Notes: generated by a model not told the origin, from the letters alone. Counted from the first letter of the stretch, positions 1 through 13,300 are shown. The stretch: DNA of 64,000 nucleotides from Lingula anatina (GCA_051362555.1 CM120642.1:8990001-9054000), one strand, 5' to 3'. Translations and numbers: made by a program.

Positions 1-350
1 AGTGACACTTAGTGAGTTTTCATGTCATCGCCTTTGACATACCTACCAAACTCAAGGAATTCAATTCTTACATTCCCCCAATCCACAAAATCAATTATTT
101 CTCCTGTGTTTCTGTCAAACACCAAGTCAGAGCGGACTTTGACTTCCTCCAGCAACACAGAAAAAAAATCGATGACACGTTTCTAGGTTTCTGGAATTCA
201 TTTCTTTCGCCATTTGCCTAAATGATCTAAATGCTTCCCAGCATTAAAATAATTTCTTCATGACTTACAAGTTAAAGAATTGTTTTTCAGCGTTACCAGT
301 GGTCTCTCATCCTCAGATTGACTTGATCCATTGTCTAAAATACACATAAC
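1..350 (-). mobile_element. P-element/THAP9-like transposase remnant, N-terminal part (copy 1, cut by window edge)
   Basis: Minus strand reads EVKVRSDLVFDRNTGEIIDFVDWG, matching the P/THAP9 first catalytic-Asp region (DEMKIKxDLVYDxxxGxxIGFVDLG). Near-identical to 3110-3470 and 6245-6550. Confidence 0.8.
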
Positions 351-359
351 AAGGTGATT

Positions 360-672
360 GCTGCAGCAGCTCCACGCGTGTAGGAGTTCCACACGTTCAG
401 CAGCTCTATATGTTTAACAGCTGCACGCGTTTAACAGGGGAAGTGCTTAGCCAATGTGCTTAGCCTTGTGATAAACATATAGAATCATATACCGGTGAAG
501 CTAAACACATACATGTAGCTAAACGTGTAACACTGCCAAACATGTCTAGCATTTTCCTCTGTGAGAAACTTGAAAAGCTATACGTGTTTAGCTTTTACAC
601 ATATTTCTAAATGTGTTTAGGTGCTAAACGTGTGTTGCACGTGTTTAAATGCTAAAAACTGTTTTTACAGTG
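360..672. mobile_element. Non-autonomous repeat built of short degenerate ACGCGT/ACGTGT motifs, ending TTTTTACAGTG (CACTG-type terminus); copy 1
   Basis: Recurs at about 3475-3750. Internal motifs agctccacgcgt and aaacgtgt are repeated. The right end abuts the truncated glycosyltransferase-like pseudogene. Confidence 0.5.
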
Positions 673-1010
673 ATAAGCAATTATTTGTATAATATGGATA
701 CCCTATGGCAGGTTTCCATTCCATATTAATATTTTTGCTTGAGGACAGTTTATGAGTCTGTAACTCAATGTCGTCGTCCAAAAATATGTAGTACAAATAA
801 CCACCATCGTCTCATTCAGAGGCACGTCTAACGGCTTCCCTCAGCAGCATGTTTCTTGCCTTGTGTCCAGGTACTTTTAGGAAAGTGAAAGTCTCCAGAT
901 CGGTCTACCAAGTAGGTAAAGCAAGCGGAAAGGTTTTCTGAATTTTTTTTATCGAACTGGACGATCTTGCGGTTTTCCGTATTTTTGTATCTTTTAGGTG
1001 TCAAACTATA
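673..1010 (-). pseudogene. Fragment of the DxD glycosyltransferase-like gene family (paralog of 14281-15555)
   Basis: ORF 828-1082 has DRSGDFHFPKSTWTQG versus DRSGDFYFPKSTWTQG in the intact gene. It continues after a frameshift into the GGYLYYIFLDDD and PAIGYP motifs, with internal deletions. Confidence 0.85.
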
Positions 1011-1859
1011 TTTAAAACGGTGGTCGTGGGTGATCGGGTAAAAGAGAAATTTGAAAAACTGATTTTTTTCAGTTTTACCCAAAAAAATCTCAATTATAAC
1101 GTCACCCGTAAGATGACATGTGTATGGTTAACTGATTTAACCACTGAACACTGAAAATTTATCTATTACCTAAATGATTGTATGTAAAGCAGTAAATGAG
1201 AATTTTTGGGTGAAGGGTGACTATATATTTAAGGTTCTTTAGACAAGGGGAGATCAGTTCATCGCAATTCAGTTTTTTTTTTCAATTAGGAGAGAGAACA
1301 CGTATTTTATTACGCAATTTCTAAATTTTTCATCAAAAGTTAACCCTTTTTGCAGTAATAAAATTATGAGAGTAATGTTACCGATATTGATCTAATAGTA
1401 ATAAAAACAGCAAAGTTTTCATTGTTTTCACGTTAATTATTGCTTTTTACATGATTCTAAATAAAGTAAAGATTTGGCAACATTCACAAAATCAACTATT
1501 CGTTATAACTGATCCATTAGGGCTAATGACATAAGGATCAGCAGGTTTTAGGAAAAGAGTTGTTAGTGTGACCAGTAAGAGTGTGCCCAGTACCGGTAAG
1601 TATGTGGGTATAGACTGAGAAATGGAAGTAAATATGCAATCTCAGTCATTCAGTCAGTCAATTAAAGCTGTTTACATTATATATGAGAAAATCCATTTTT
1701 AATATTTCATTATTCATATTATTAGAAATCAAATATTGAACATCTTTACTACATTCAAACATTTATTATTAGTAGGTTATACATTAATAATGTTTGTTAC
1801 AAAGCTACTGAAGAAGAGTATTACGTAGTCGCAGTTTAACTGGATAACCCAACTTGTCT

Positions 1860-3470
1860 ACTTTTTTTGTGAAAGGAGTCATGTTGGGGTTCGTTGATAT
1901 TTGGCTCTTTCTTCCTATTTACATTACAAGTAGGTAAAATTTACAAATATATAAACTGATTTCTTATTGACCCCAGTGAATTATTCTCAAAATGTTTATC
2001 TCATGCGTCTCCTCTTGTGCAATGGTGCATTGTCCAATTTTATCCTCCCTGCATCTTGTGTATTCCCTCACGTCGGAACAATTTATAAGAACTTTTGTAT
2101 TCTTCGATCTTAACAAGGAAGTGTTTGTGTTGAATTCATACACACTTGGGTTTTCTTTGGCTCCTGCTGCACTACGTTGCAATGAATACCATAATTCTAA
2201 GGGATCTTGGTTGTAGTGCTCATGCAAAATATTTTGTACACCTTGAGCTAGCACGTACTCGCAGGATTAAACGAATGATGTAATTGTGATTTAAATTCCA
2301 TCCCATGTCTGTTGACTCAGAATCATTTATTTTATTTGTCTGCCTTAGTTAAATGACCCGGTCTATTTTTAATCTCATCTTTCCAGTTTTTCAAGTCATC
2401 AAGAAAAACATTCTCCAACCAACGAAATCTTGGAGCCTAGATACTTGTATATGGTGCAAGGTCTGGCTTTTTTCCAACGTTAATGACACAAATTGATCGC
2501 ACATGCAAATAGTCAATAATTTGTCAATATTTCTTATGAACTTGATGGTTTTTGTAATACATGGCCCTCCAGTCAACTGCAGTGCTTTTGCTACTGTAGA
2601 GCTGAGCATCTGAGCTGCATATTTTACCTTCATTATAGAAAAGCTTGTTTGGTAGACGTGAGTACGGGATAATTTTGGAGCGAGTCTCAATGGTGCGACG
2701 AATTCACGTTCATACAAGTCAATTGTGTGCTGCCATGAAATATTTTACCCATTTCTCTACATCAGTCTGCTGCGCTTGTGGCTGTTAGGATAGTATAAAC
2801 AGTTTCTTCAGTTGGTAGGGTGGATCAGATATGAAGAATAGTGGTCTTGATTTACCCACAAATGGATTAACTGCTTTGTACACTATCGTATCCAAGTCAT
2901 TTAACTTTTTGTGCAGTCTGAAAAAATCCTGTATGGTGTAGCTCCATCACATGTAATGTACACTATCAAGTTCCAGTTGCTCTATATCTTCCCTTGTCAG
3001 AGGGTAAAGATATTCTGAAGTGACACCATTTGTTAGAAAATTGGCAAGTACACATTTGAGTGTGAGGCTACGATGTGTACCATTAAAACCATCATGTAGC
3101 GAGCTAGATTTGGAGTTTGTTTTCATGTTATCGCCTTTGACATACCTCCCAAACTCCAAGATTTCAATTCTTACATTCCCCAAATCCACAAAAATAATCA
3201 TTTCTCCTGTGTTTTTTGTCAAACACCAAGTCAGAGCGGACTTTGACTTCCTCTAGCAACTGAGAAACAAATCACTGACACGTGTCCAAGTTTTTGGATT
3301 TCATTTCTTCCATCATCTGCTTAAATGACCTAAGTACTTCTCAGTATTAGAACAAATTCTTCGTAATGGCTTACCAGTTAAAGAATTGTTTTTCAGCGTT
3401 ACCAGTGGTCTCTCATCTTCGGATTGACTTGGTCCATTGTCTAAAATGCATATAACAAGGTGACTGGTAC
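1860..3470 (-). mobile_element. Degenerate P-element/THAP9-like transposase (copy 2)
   Basis: Colinear motifs TGEMIIFVDLG, MKVKYAAQMLSSTVAKAL...TIKFIRNIDK and NQDPLELWYSLQRSAAGAKENPSVYEF, the last matching the P-family QDPLENxFxxxRxxGGxNxNP motif. Many stops and frameshifts. Confidence 0.88.
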
Positions 3471-3474
3471 AGGT

Positions 3475-3750
3475 GCAGCAGCTCCACGCGTTTAGGAGTT
3501 CCACATGTTTTGCAGCTCCATGTTTAACAGCTCCACGCGTTTAACAGGGGAAGTGCTTAGCCAGTGTGCTTAGCCTTGTGATAAACTCATTATAGAATCT
3601 TATACCAGTGAAGCTAAACACATAGCTAAAAGTGTAGCAGTGCCAAACATGTCTAGCATTTTCTTCTGTGAGAAACTTAGCTTTTACACATATTTCTAAA
3701 TGCGTTTAGGTGCTTAACGTGTGTTGTACGTGTTTAAATGCTAAACAGTG
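3475..3750. mobile_element. Second copy of the 360-672 repeat
   Basis: Direct sequence match including tttaacaggggaagtgcttagcca and tgtgcttagccttgtgataaac. Confidence 0.55.
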
Positions 3751-4391
3751 ATACGCAATTCTTTGTATAATATGGATACCCTATGGCAGGTTTCCATTCC
3801 ATATTACTATTTTTCCTTGAGGACAGTGTACGTGACTCTAACTATGCTAACTATGTCGTTGTCCAAAAATATGTAGTACAAATAACCACCATCGTCTCAT
3901 TCAGAGGCCCGTCTAACGGCTTCCCTCAGCAGCATGTTCCTTGCCTTGTGCCCAGGTACTTTTTGGAAAGTAAAAGTCTCCAGATCGGTCAACCAAGGTT
4001 AACCAGATAATCTGACAGTCAGGTGATTGTTTTAGTCCCTCAATTGGTTTTATGCTGGGACCTTGTACATGTATGAAGTAGACAAAGCAAGCGGACAGGT
4101 TTTCTGTATTTTTTTATCAAACTTGATGGTCTCGCGGTTTCCCCTGTTTTTGTATCTTTTAGGTGTAAAACTAGAGTCTCTCTCTTATAACTTTGTCCTC
4201 TCTCTCTCTGGATTCTTCAGTGGCGTTTTACCACCTAAATCCTCTTGTTTGTTATTTATCGTGTTTATATTGATGCTATTTAAAGATAAATGGGCGGTCA
4301 TAAAGATTTACCATAGAGTTAAGTAGCTTGCTGTGAAAACCAGCATCAAATTCTCTAATACACTTAAAATGCGCCTTCAGGTTCCTCTCAT
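3751..4391 (-). pseudogene. 5' half pseudogene of the DxD glycosyltransferase-like family
   Basis: Starts ATG AGA GGA ACC TGA (intact gene: MRRNW). Colinear with 14870-15555 at nucleotide level, e.g. ggttaaccagataatctgac and tagtacaaataaccaccatc. Truncated at the same point as 673-1010. Confidence 0.88.
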
Positions 4392-5014
4392 CAGCCGTCT
4401 CATCTTCTTGCTTGCGGGTTGCCTACGAATCACTTTTGCCGTATTCCTGACCTAGACTTTATTTGGCAGTGGACACTTTTGCGATACACACAGAGTCTGG
4501 CCACTTCTTAATTCAACAGATTTATTGCGCACTTAATTATAAATGCTTGTCAGGAATTTCAAAACTTGGTTTGAAGTAGGCGATATACATGCATCCCCGT
4601 ATACCTGTAACTTAGCAGAAAGTCTGCCTCGATTGTGCGGCGCTATGGGGTGCGTGTCAATATACCGAAGTTCAACATTCCGAAGTTTCATTTTTACGAA
4701 TGTTAACTATAAAAACCTGGGACCAACGGACCGTTTTATTAGACATTAATGAACCTTCAGACTATCGTCATTCACCCTTATGTACTAGTACAGTGTACGC
4801 ACATACACAACCCACTTATTTTACGACAAACTGAACACGTTGAGGCTATGAGACCCTGAACGGACCGTTCAAATATTCCCAGCATAACTCAGAATAAGTA
4901 GAAATCTCTTAAGGATATTGAAACTCTTTATTATCATCCAGATACCGAAAATGAGGTTTTTCCTTCATCTAATTATTCAATTATGCATCCATCTTTGTGC
5001 TGAAGTAAAACAAT

Positions 5015-6550
5015 ACTCTTTTTGTGAAAGGAGCCCTGTTGGGGTTCGTTGGCATTTGTCTCTTTCTTCCTATTTAAGTCACAAGTAGGTTAAATTTTTT
5101 AATATATAAACTGATTTCTTATTGGACCACAGTGAATTATTCTCAAAATGTTTATCTCATGCGTATCCTCATGGGCAATGGTGCATTGTCCAATTTTATC
5201 CTCCCTGCATCTTGTGCATTCCCTTCACATCGAAGCAATTTTTAGGGACTAGTCTGTGGTCTTATAACTAACGAGGAAGTGCATGTGTTGAATTCATACA
5301 CACTCCTTCATACACACTCCTGTTGCACTACGTTGCAATGAAAACCAGTGTTCTAAGGGTCTTGGTTGTGTTGCTTATGCAAAATGTTTTGCACACCTGG
5401 AGCTAGCAAGCACTTGCAGGATTCAACAAAAGCTCTAATTGTGATTTCAATTCCCTCCAATGTCAGCTGGCTATTAATCATTTTTGTTTGTCTTCCTTAC
5501 TAAAATGGCTCAGTCTATGTTTAATCTTATCTTTCCAGTTCTTCAAATCACCAAGAAAGACATCGCTAGCCAATGAAATCTTGAATCATAGATACTTATG
5601 TATGGTGCAAGGTCGGGCTTTTTTCCCACGTTAATGACACACAGAGAACGCACATGTAAATAGTCAAACATTTGCCAAGATTTCTTATGTACTTGATGGT
5701 TTCCGTAACGCATGGCCCTCCAGTCAACTGCAGTGCATTTGCTACTGTGGAGCTGAGCACCTGAGCTGCATATTCCATCTTCCTAGCAAATCCTATTAAG
5801 TAGACGTGAGTATGGGATAATTTTGGTACAGTGTACGAGTCTCAGTGCAACGAATTCACGTTCATACAAGTCAAATATGTGCTGCCATGAAAAGTCATAC
5901 TCATTTCTCTACGGCATTTTGCTGCGCTTGTGACTTTTAGAATAGGATATAATTGGTGGGGTGGAGCAGGTATAATTAGTAGTCTTGATTCACCCATGTA
6001 TGGATTAAATGCTTTGTTGACTATCGTATCCAAGTCATTTAATTTTTTGTGCAGTCTGAAAAACATTCCTGTTTGGTGTAGCTCCATCACATATAACGCA
6101 CATCATCTAGTTCCAGTGGCTCTATAGCTTCCCATATCAGAGGGTAAAGATATTCTGAGGTGACACCTTTTGTTGGAAAATTGGCAAGTGCACATTTAAG
6201 TCTGAGGTTATGATATGTACCATACAAACCATCATGTAGCGTGGAGTTTTCATGTCATCAACTTTGACATACCCCCCCCCCAAACTCCAAGATTTCAATT
6301 CTTTCATTCCCCAAATCCACAAAAACAATAATTTCTCCAGTGTTTTTGTGCAACATCAAGTCAGAGCGGACACGTGTCTAAGTTTCTGGATTTCATTTCT
6401 TTCGTCATTTTCCTAAATGACCTAAATGCTTCCCAGCATTAAAATAATTTCTTCATTATGGCTTACCAGTTAAACAATTGTTTTTCAGCGTTACCAGTGG
6501 TCTCTCATCCTCGGATTCACTTGGTCCATTGTCTAAAATGCATATAACAA
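5015..6550 (-). mobile_element. Degenerate P-element/THAP9-like transposase (copy 3)
   Basis: MEYAAQVLSSTVANALQLTGGPCVTETIKYIRNLGK and FFRLHKKLNDLDTIVNKAFNPY. Colinear with 1860-3470. Confidence 0.88.
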
Positions 6551-6884
6551 GTATACAAGTATATGACTAGTATACATCTTATTATCTTTAAATGAATTTT
6601 ATACAAAACTGTTTTTAAAGCAAAGTGTATACCAAGATATTTCAACCAGTTGTCTAATGATACATTACAAAGCAGATATAACATGCGATGGAAATAGGGC
6701 CTTTGTCACAACCGCCTTTTCAGAGGTCTCTATATCAGGAAAACCATTCCCCTCGCAGACTTGTTAACTACGTTATATCTGGAATGAATGGCAGTTCTTT
6801 TTCTGGGAACATTTCAGGGAAAGCATAGATTATTTTCATCACTGTAGACGTCACCACCCCAAAATATCTCGTATTATGCGATGG

Positions 6885-7135
6885 TTTTCACGAAATTGGT
6901 CCAAAATAAATTTGGTCGAAACTTTTTAATTTGTTTAATTTTTCATTTTGGTGGTACCGTTTAGATTTGCCCTTATCAACTCTTTTTGTAAAAAAGAAAC
7001 ACCATGTAAGTTTGTCGTTAAATTGCTGTTTGTATCGTTCCGCAGTAATGATAATTGGAATGCTTTCGGCATTGTAAATTGACAAATTGTCAAACATCGT
7101 CGACGCTGCACATGCATCATGAAGGCGACAAGCAA
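6885..7135 (-). pseudogene. C-terminal fragment of the DxD glycosyltransferase-like family
   Basis: PKAFQLSLLRNDTNSNLTTNLHGVSFLQKELIRANLNGTTKMKN aligns with AKAFQLSSLRNDTNNNVATNLIGVFSKKEPIFAYINGTATKKN of the 14281-15555 product. Confidence 0.8.
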
Positions 7136-7750
7136 ATATTTAGATTGTGAGTAATCTACTTAATTGGAAGTCCCTTCACGAAATAATGTTTTTAGAATTT
7201 AGAAGAATAGATTTTGTGAGTGTTTCTCAATAAATTTGCCTAAATGAGAATCCTAATCATTGCATTTCAATGATCTTCTTTAAAATGATCTTGTCAGTTG
7301 ATAATGCTGTTATATTGGCAATTGAAGGTCGAGTAGAACATATGATATAATGGTAAATGCTGTTATGTGAATATTATTAGATATATTTTGAGGGATAATA
7401 TGGTTAAGATGTGACGGAAGTAGTTATGTATATAACTAAATATGTTGTTGAGGTGGACAGTGATGCGCAAGACGTCATAAAAAGGTTTGGTGTAGACAAA
7501 AGATGTTTTATGGCGACGGAATATCAGCGTTAACAGGAAACGGCATCTGGAATTCACTGCAATTTTCTGTCAAATCAGGGAGACCCTGCGGCATTGAAGC
7601 CGAGGCTTCTTAATTTTTCGTTAAAATTCGCAGCACTGAATCTGGGAGGTCTCTCTTAGGTCCACATTGTCGCATTTATACGCTTAAACCCGGCCTCACT
7701 TTGCGATAAGCTCTTTGCTGAAAGTATAGCATTCACGCTTAGAGATACTA

Positions 7751-9345
7751 CAGACTTGACATTTAATATGTAATATTTCAAAGGTTTGCCTGGGTAAAAA
7801 TGCGTTCTTTAAAAAAACTCATATTAGATATGTGAATGGTAAAGTGTGTAGTCAGCCGTGTCGCAACTAATTAACTGACTACCAAGTCTGTTGCACTGCT
7901 GCATTGTGTAATATGCAGTGATTTAATTGGGTAGTGCTCCTTTGGGCTGATTAAAGCTTGGCTTTGGCGAAGCATCGTTCTGTCAAAAGAAGTATCCATA
8001 TGTCGGCAAATACTGCATAGAAGAATTTGAATTTTTGCATGAAAGCGATTGGTTTTGCCGTGCATAAAATGAGCTAATCAGTGTCTTAAAAAATTGTTAA
8101 TCTATGGCAGAATGGCGCGAAAGAACTAACATTGCAACACAGATTATTGCGCCAAACGGAACGGTCTGCACAGTTTTATAGAGTAATGCCCAGACAGATG
8201 TACCTGCACAGAGGCCACACCCAGTGTATCGTAATCTTACCAGGGTACAGGACTCACTCTCTTCCGGATATACTGCTGTAACTAAACAAATCCACCCAGT
8301 CCGTTCAGATTGAGGGGCAAATTGCCACCAAAACGTGTTTTTCAAGGCCCTTAGCGAACACCAAACTGGTTTTAGCAGGTTATAATACTACCTCTGAGAA
8401 ACCCAATATAAACAGCAAAACATCGTGGTCTGTTTCTCTAATGAATTGGGGACCATGACCGTTTCTGGATAGAACACTGAAACCGCGCGTGGCTTTCTTT
8501 ATTGGGGTCAGATTACACCTGTACCGCTCAACTAGTCAAAACAGAGTTTACAGACGTCCAGAAGAGGCCTACGAAGAAGCATGTGCCGCGTCCAAAGTGA
8601 CTACTGTCATCGACAGCGTCAGTATTTGGAGATGATACCATATTGGTGTCAAAACACCAATGGTAGTCATCGATGAAAACCTGAACCAGATCAAATAAAG
8701 CAATAATCTGGGAACCACTTGACTATCATTTGATACGGAGAACCAATTTTAGGTTGCACGATGCCTGTTCACAAAGAGCACTTTAATAGCAGATAACTTA
8801 CAGAACGAAGGGAATGAAAAGCTACCTTGGTCATCAAAGTTGCACTATTGAACGACATAGACAATATGTGGGTAGGTCATTTCTCGCCGAATCAACGGCC
8901 TACATGTCCTACGACAAAAGTTTACCAAATAGGACGAGTTTTGGCCTATGCTTGGAATGATATTCCAGATTAAACAAGGAATGCCTTGTCGCTTGAGAGC
9001 CCTGTAGCAGCCAGATGAGGTCAGGCCTAAAAGCGACCATTGCTGTGACTGGTCACTGACATGAGGGTCCTTTGTGGGGCGTGTAACTCTTTCACAGACT
9101 ATAATTTGGAATAAAATGGAGATCCAAAACATCGCTTTGAATGAATGTCTTATGACTTAGAATGGGCAATGTATTTTGTTTGCTTCTCTGGCGAATTCAA
9201 TTAATGGACTGATGTCACAAGGACATCAAAGAGATAAGTAAAATTTATTAAAACACGATTTTAATCCTTACTTTCATTTATCAGTCAGCAAAAAAGAAAA
9301 AAAATTGATTTGGAAAACAATATTCCATATTAAATGTCAAGTCTG
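7751..9345 (+). mobile_element. Tc1/mariner DNA transposon with intact ends and decayed transposase
   Basis: 27-bp TIRs CAGACTTGACATTTAATATG(T/G)AATATT at 7751-7777 and 9319-9345, with TA on both flanks. About 1.6 kb long. Remnants LNDIDNMW (cf. DLNPIENxW) and AWNDIP...GMPCRLRA lie at about 8845-9025. Confidence 0.85.
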
Positions 9346-9949
9346 TACTTGCGCCTCGCTGATAATTTTTGGCGTCATAAATACTATTATCAAGGACGCC
9401 AGATAAATACTATAATCTGGGACATCAGATGGAGTTATTATTATTTTTACTGTTATTGAAACTATTATTATGTTTATATACGCTTAAATACACATATTGT
9501 TGTTATCAAATCTTCTGCATCAAAAATATCGTGGCAAATTAAAGTTTGTCTGATATACATAACTGTATTGAATTTTGAAGATAACTGTTAAGATACAGGT
9601 AGTTAAGTTTTTTCTTGACATGCATATCTGCGTCATTTGCATTGGATGTATTCGTAGACGCTGGGCATTGGACATTCATAGATATACAGGAAACTATGAA
9701 CATTTACCTGTACATGCGCCAACGTACGCCATAAATATACGCCACGATTATTCATTATACAATGAATGGCAAATGACAAACATTATTCACCGTCTGGAAG
9801 GACTAATTTGACATTAAATGGAACTGAACTCCCGTGCTATAATTCAAAAAGGAAGATGCAGTGAACTAGACCATATGAAAGTCTTGGCATTTGTGTGAAA
9901 ATGAACTTTGAATTTTATTTTAGTCATATGTTATGTGGTTATGTGGTTA

Positions 9950-10355
9950 TAATGATACATTAAGTGTTGTGTAATGAATACCAAGTATTATAAATATATC
10001 TTTATCCATCCTATCAACCTTATGATTATCGATTTGATATTTAATCAGACAGATATTGGTGTTTTAACAGTATGTTTAACTTTTGTAACGCTGATGACAT
10101 GAAATTGATGATTTATATACTTCATATTTTATAAGTTAAAAAATTTTAGTCAAATATTATTGCATGAGGTAATAACGACATATTAAGTATTGTTTAATAA
10201 ATATTAAGTGCGTGACGTATTATAAGTATATCTATATTAAGCTTAGCAATCTTACAGCTATATGTTATCGATATTTTATCAGACAGTTATCGGTGTATTA
10301 ATAGTATATTTTTCTTTTGTAACGCTGATGACATGAAACTGATGATATATACATC
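9950..10355. repeat. Diverged tandem duplication, two units of about 200-240 bp
   Basis: ttttgtaacgctgatgacatgaaa(t/c)tgatgat at about 10081 and 10315; ttatcgat and atcagacag(a/t)tat also occur in both units. Confidence 0.75.
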
Positions 10356-13300
10356 AAGGAAAATTTTCGCATTTATGTGGCTATATTATTTCTCGGTATA
10401 GTTTTATACAACCGTGGATTGCATATGTTATAAACAACTTTTTTTCTTATAGTCATGAAAGAGGAGCACTACATTGTGGATAAGTATGAAGCTGAACAGG
10501 TACTTCGTCATCGACGATGCGTTGGTCGCAACGTTGTGATGAATGCTGTTTATTTGAAGGGGCCCCAATAAAAATTGTCTCACGTAGTGCCTTCCAACAA
10601 CATCTAACATGACAAACAAATGAAACACTGTATAAGAAAATGTGTTAGAGCCATAATAGAGTCACAGGTGTTTGTCATAATGGAAAAAGAAAAAGAATCT
10701 TGGGCAACACATTATAAAAGTGTAAATGCCAATTTCAGTACGAAATGCGTCCATGAGAAAGTGTATTTCCAAGTAATAATAATAATAATAATAATAATCA
10801 GTCTACCTTCCTTTGAGTTATATTTTTGGTTTCATGTCGAATGTGTTTCTGTTTCATATGTTAGTTTGTTATATATAATTTATTTACTTCTTATATTTTT
10901 GCATGACTTTCTGATAAATATGGAGTGCTTAAGAAGGATTGTTTAAAGGTATATTTTAATTTAAAATATGCCTACGGAGAGGCATATTGTTAAAACGATT
11001 ATATTTATGTAGTTTACCTATATTCTGTAGTATTTACACTTTTGATGTTATGGTTTAGAGCTAGCATGTACATCTCATGTAGCATGTACACCTGAAAAAC
11101 TGAATATAGCCAGACAGTACCATCTCCAAGCATTCCAAAGATAAACGTTATATAGGACAGTAAATAATAGGCATACCTTCCTTCAAACTCGATACACTGC
11201 GGTATCAAGTATCAAAGTATGATATATTCTGTATAAGTTATCATGAAAGCTGAATCTTTAAGTAAAAACTAGTGTAAGCTTAAATAATAAAACACGTTAA
11301 CCGGACTCTGGACTCGTGTTGATCAATTATATATTACCGCCGCGAACAACAACAAAACCGCGGTAATAACCTTTCCCCGAAAGATAATGTAATGTTAGTA
11401 ATTGACAGCCATGGGTGAATAAAGAACGGGGGGTGTTTTGTAGAGAAAAAGAGTTTATTGACATGCTTTTATGATATCTGTACAACTGCATGTAATGTAA
11501 ACGGAGAGAAGGCCGCTAGAGATTGAATGAGGTAGAGACAAAAATTGTAAGAAAGTGGCGCGGGAAACAACTGGAAAATAGTTAATAAATAATATGGAAT
11601 ATTATAACTGAGTTGTACATATTACCCCGCGTACAGCAAAAGATAAAGACAACAACTTTGTCACACAGTGTACATGTACATCATGTATAAAGTTTAGTCG
11701 ATAAAATATCGAATATGCACGGATTTGATGTAAAATGTCCATATTATACACTGTAGTAATAACTACGGACAACCCCACATTTTCTACACTTAGTATCTAA
11801 GCAAAAATTGACACGGCCTTTCAGGTCGTTTATTATTCTATCCTTTTCCAGCAGATCATTTGCCAGATGGGCTGACTTTTCTTTTAATACTTTTATGCGC
11901 TCACTTAGTGCATTGATGATTGCACCCATATGTTTTCATAGCATTTACGTTTTCCTCTACTAAAGTTGAGATGTCTCTTTCCAAACTTTTCCCCATTCTT
12001 TCGTTATTATCAATGTTTTTTTGTTTTTTTTTTTTTTTTTTTTTTTGTCCTTCTTTAATAATTTTAAGTTCTTTCATAATTCCTGTCATTTGCCCCACAA
12101 GCTGTTGTATAGCACGCAAGGGAAAAGAAAGTCAAAGAAAGGTCTGAGGAAAGGCATTAGCCTTTCACTGAAATTCTGAATCACTGTTTATTTCAAGCCG
12201 AAATACTCAAGACACGTGAAAAAATTGGAAAAGACAATAATAATAATGAAAATCCCTATGTTAGCTGTTAAATATGAAATAGTTTTGAAATATTTGAAAT
12301 AAATTACAAGTGTAAACTGTTAACTCCTGCTGCAGATGTATCTTAAATGAATGTATTAAAATTCTTTCCTAAACACAATAATCTATATCTTCATTTTTCA
12401 AATGTAAATATGTGCAGCACAAAGTTTACACAATATTTCTCAAACAACAATACACTTACCTCACCATTTATGCCTTTCCTTGAAATAATAAATTGTAAGT
12501 CCTAATCTTGAATTTACAAAAGAACAAAAATGCGTAGTATGTCTTTCTCCTTCGAAGTCACTGGGTAGTGTGGTATGAAGTGTCCAAACTAAAGGGAGTA
12601 TCCCTAAACCTAAAGGTTATCATTTATGCAAATGAATGTTGCATCAGATGTGCCGGATCACCCGGCTCCTCAAGCACAATAAAGAAAATCAATATATACC
12701 TTGTAACGTGTTCACTAAACATGCTACCAAACGGGAGGGATGCAGCTACGTGGGGCGATTTTATTACCATTGCTTGCTTGGAGATTGGAGAAGACAGTGG
12801 ATTTGGTGTTAAAGAATTGTCTGTGCCGCCATACAAAACATGGTTTAAGTCTTTTAAAATGTTACTAAGCTGCTAATGATCTTGCTTAAGTGAGTTATTA
12901 GCTTTTCTTTTCTTACTTTTACCCATAATCACGTAGAGTCACCGCAAGCTCCAGTAATTACACTGTCATCACATTCATGTTTTACAAGGTAGGGCCTGCA
13001 GCCTGAATGCATTAGCTGGGCTGTAATATACCCCCCAGCATTAACCTACCCCACCAGGGTGTTAAAGGTGGTTCTATTGTGTTAAATTCTAAGGCGATTT
13101 AATTAAAGTTAGTGACTACTCACTCTTGATGTATTTTCCAAAATTCCATTACATCACACAAAACACCACGAAATGTTTAAATTCAACAGGAAGTTCAAAG
13201 TTGCATGCTGCATGCTGTCAGTGTAGGCGATCAGATTAGCAAAATAACCAAACTTTTATTTAGTTTGCTGTTTTAATGTTCGAGAATACCAATATGTTCA

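Noticed and set aside
360-672. Short recurring motifs as a CRISPR-like array
   Set aside because: The repeats are degenerate and irregularly spaced with no unique spacers, in a eukaryotic context with no cas genes.
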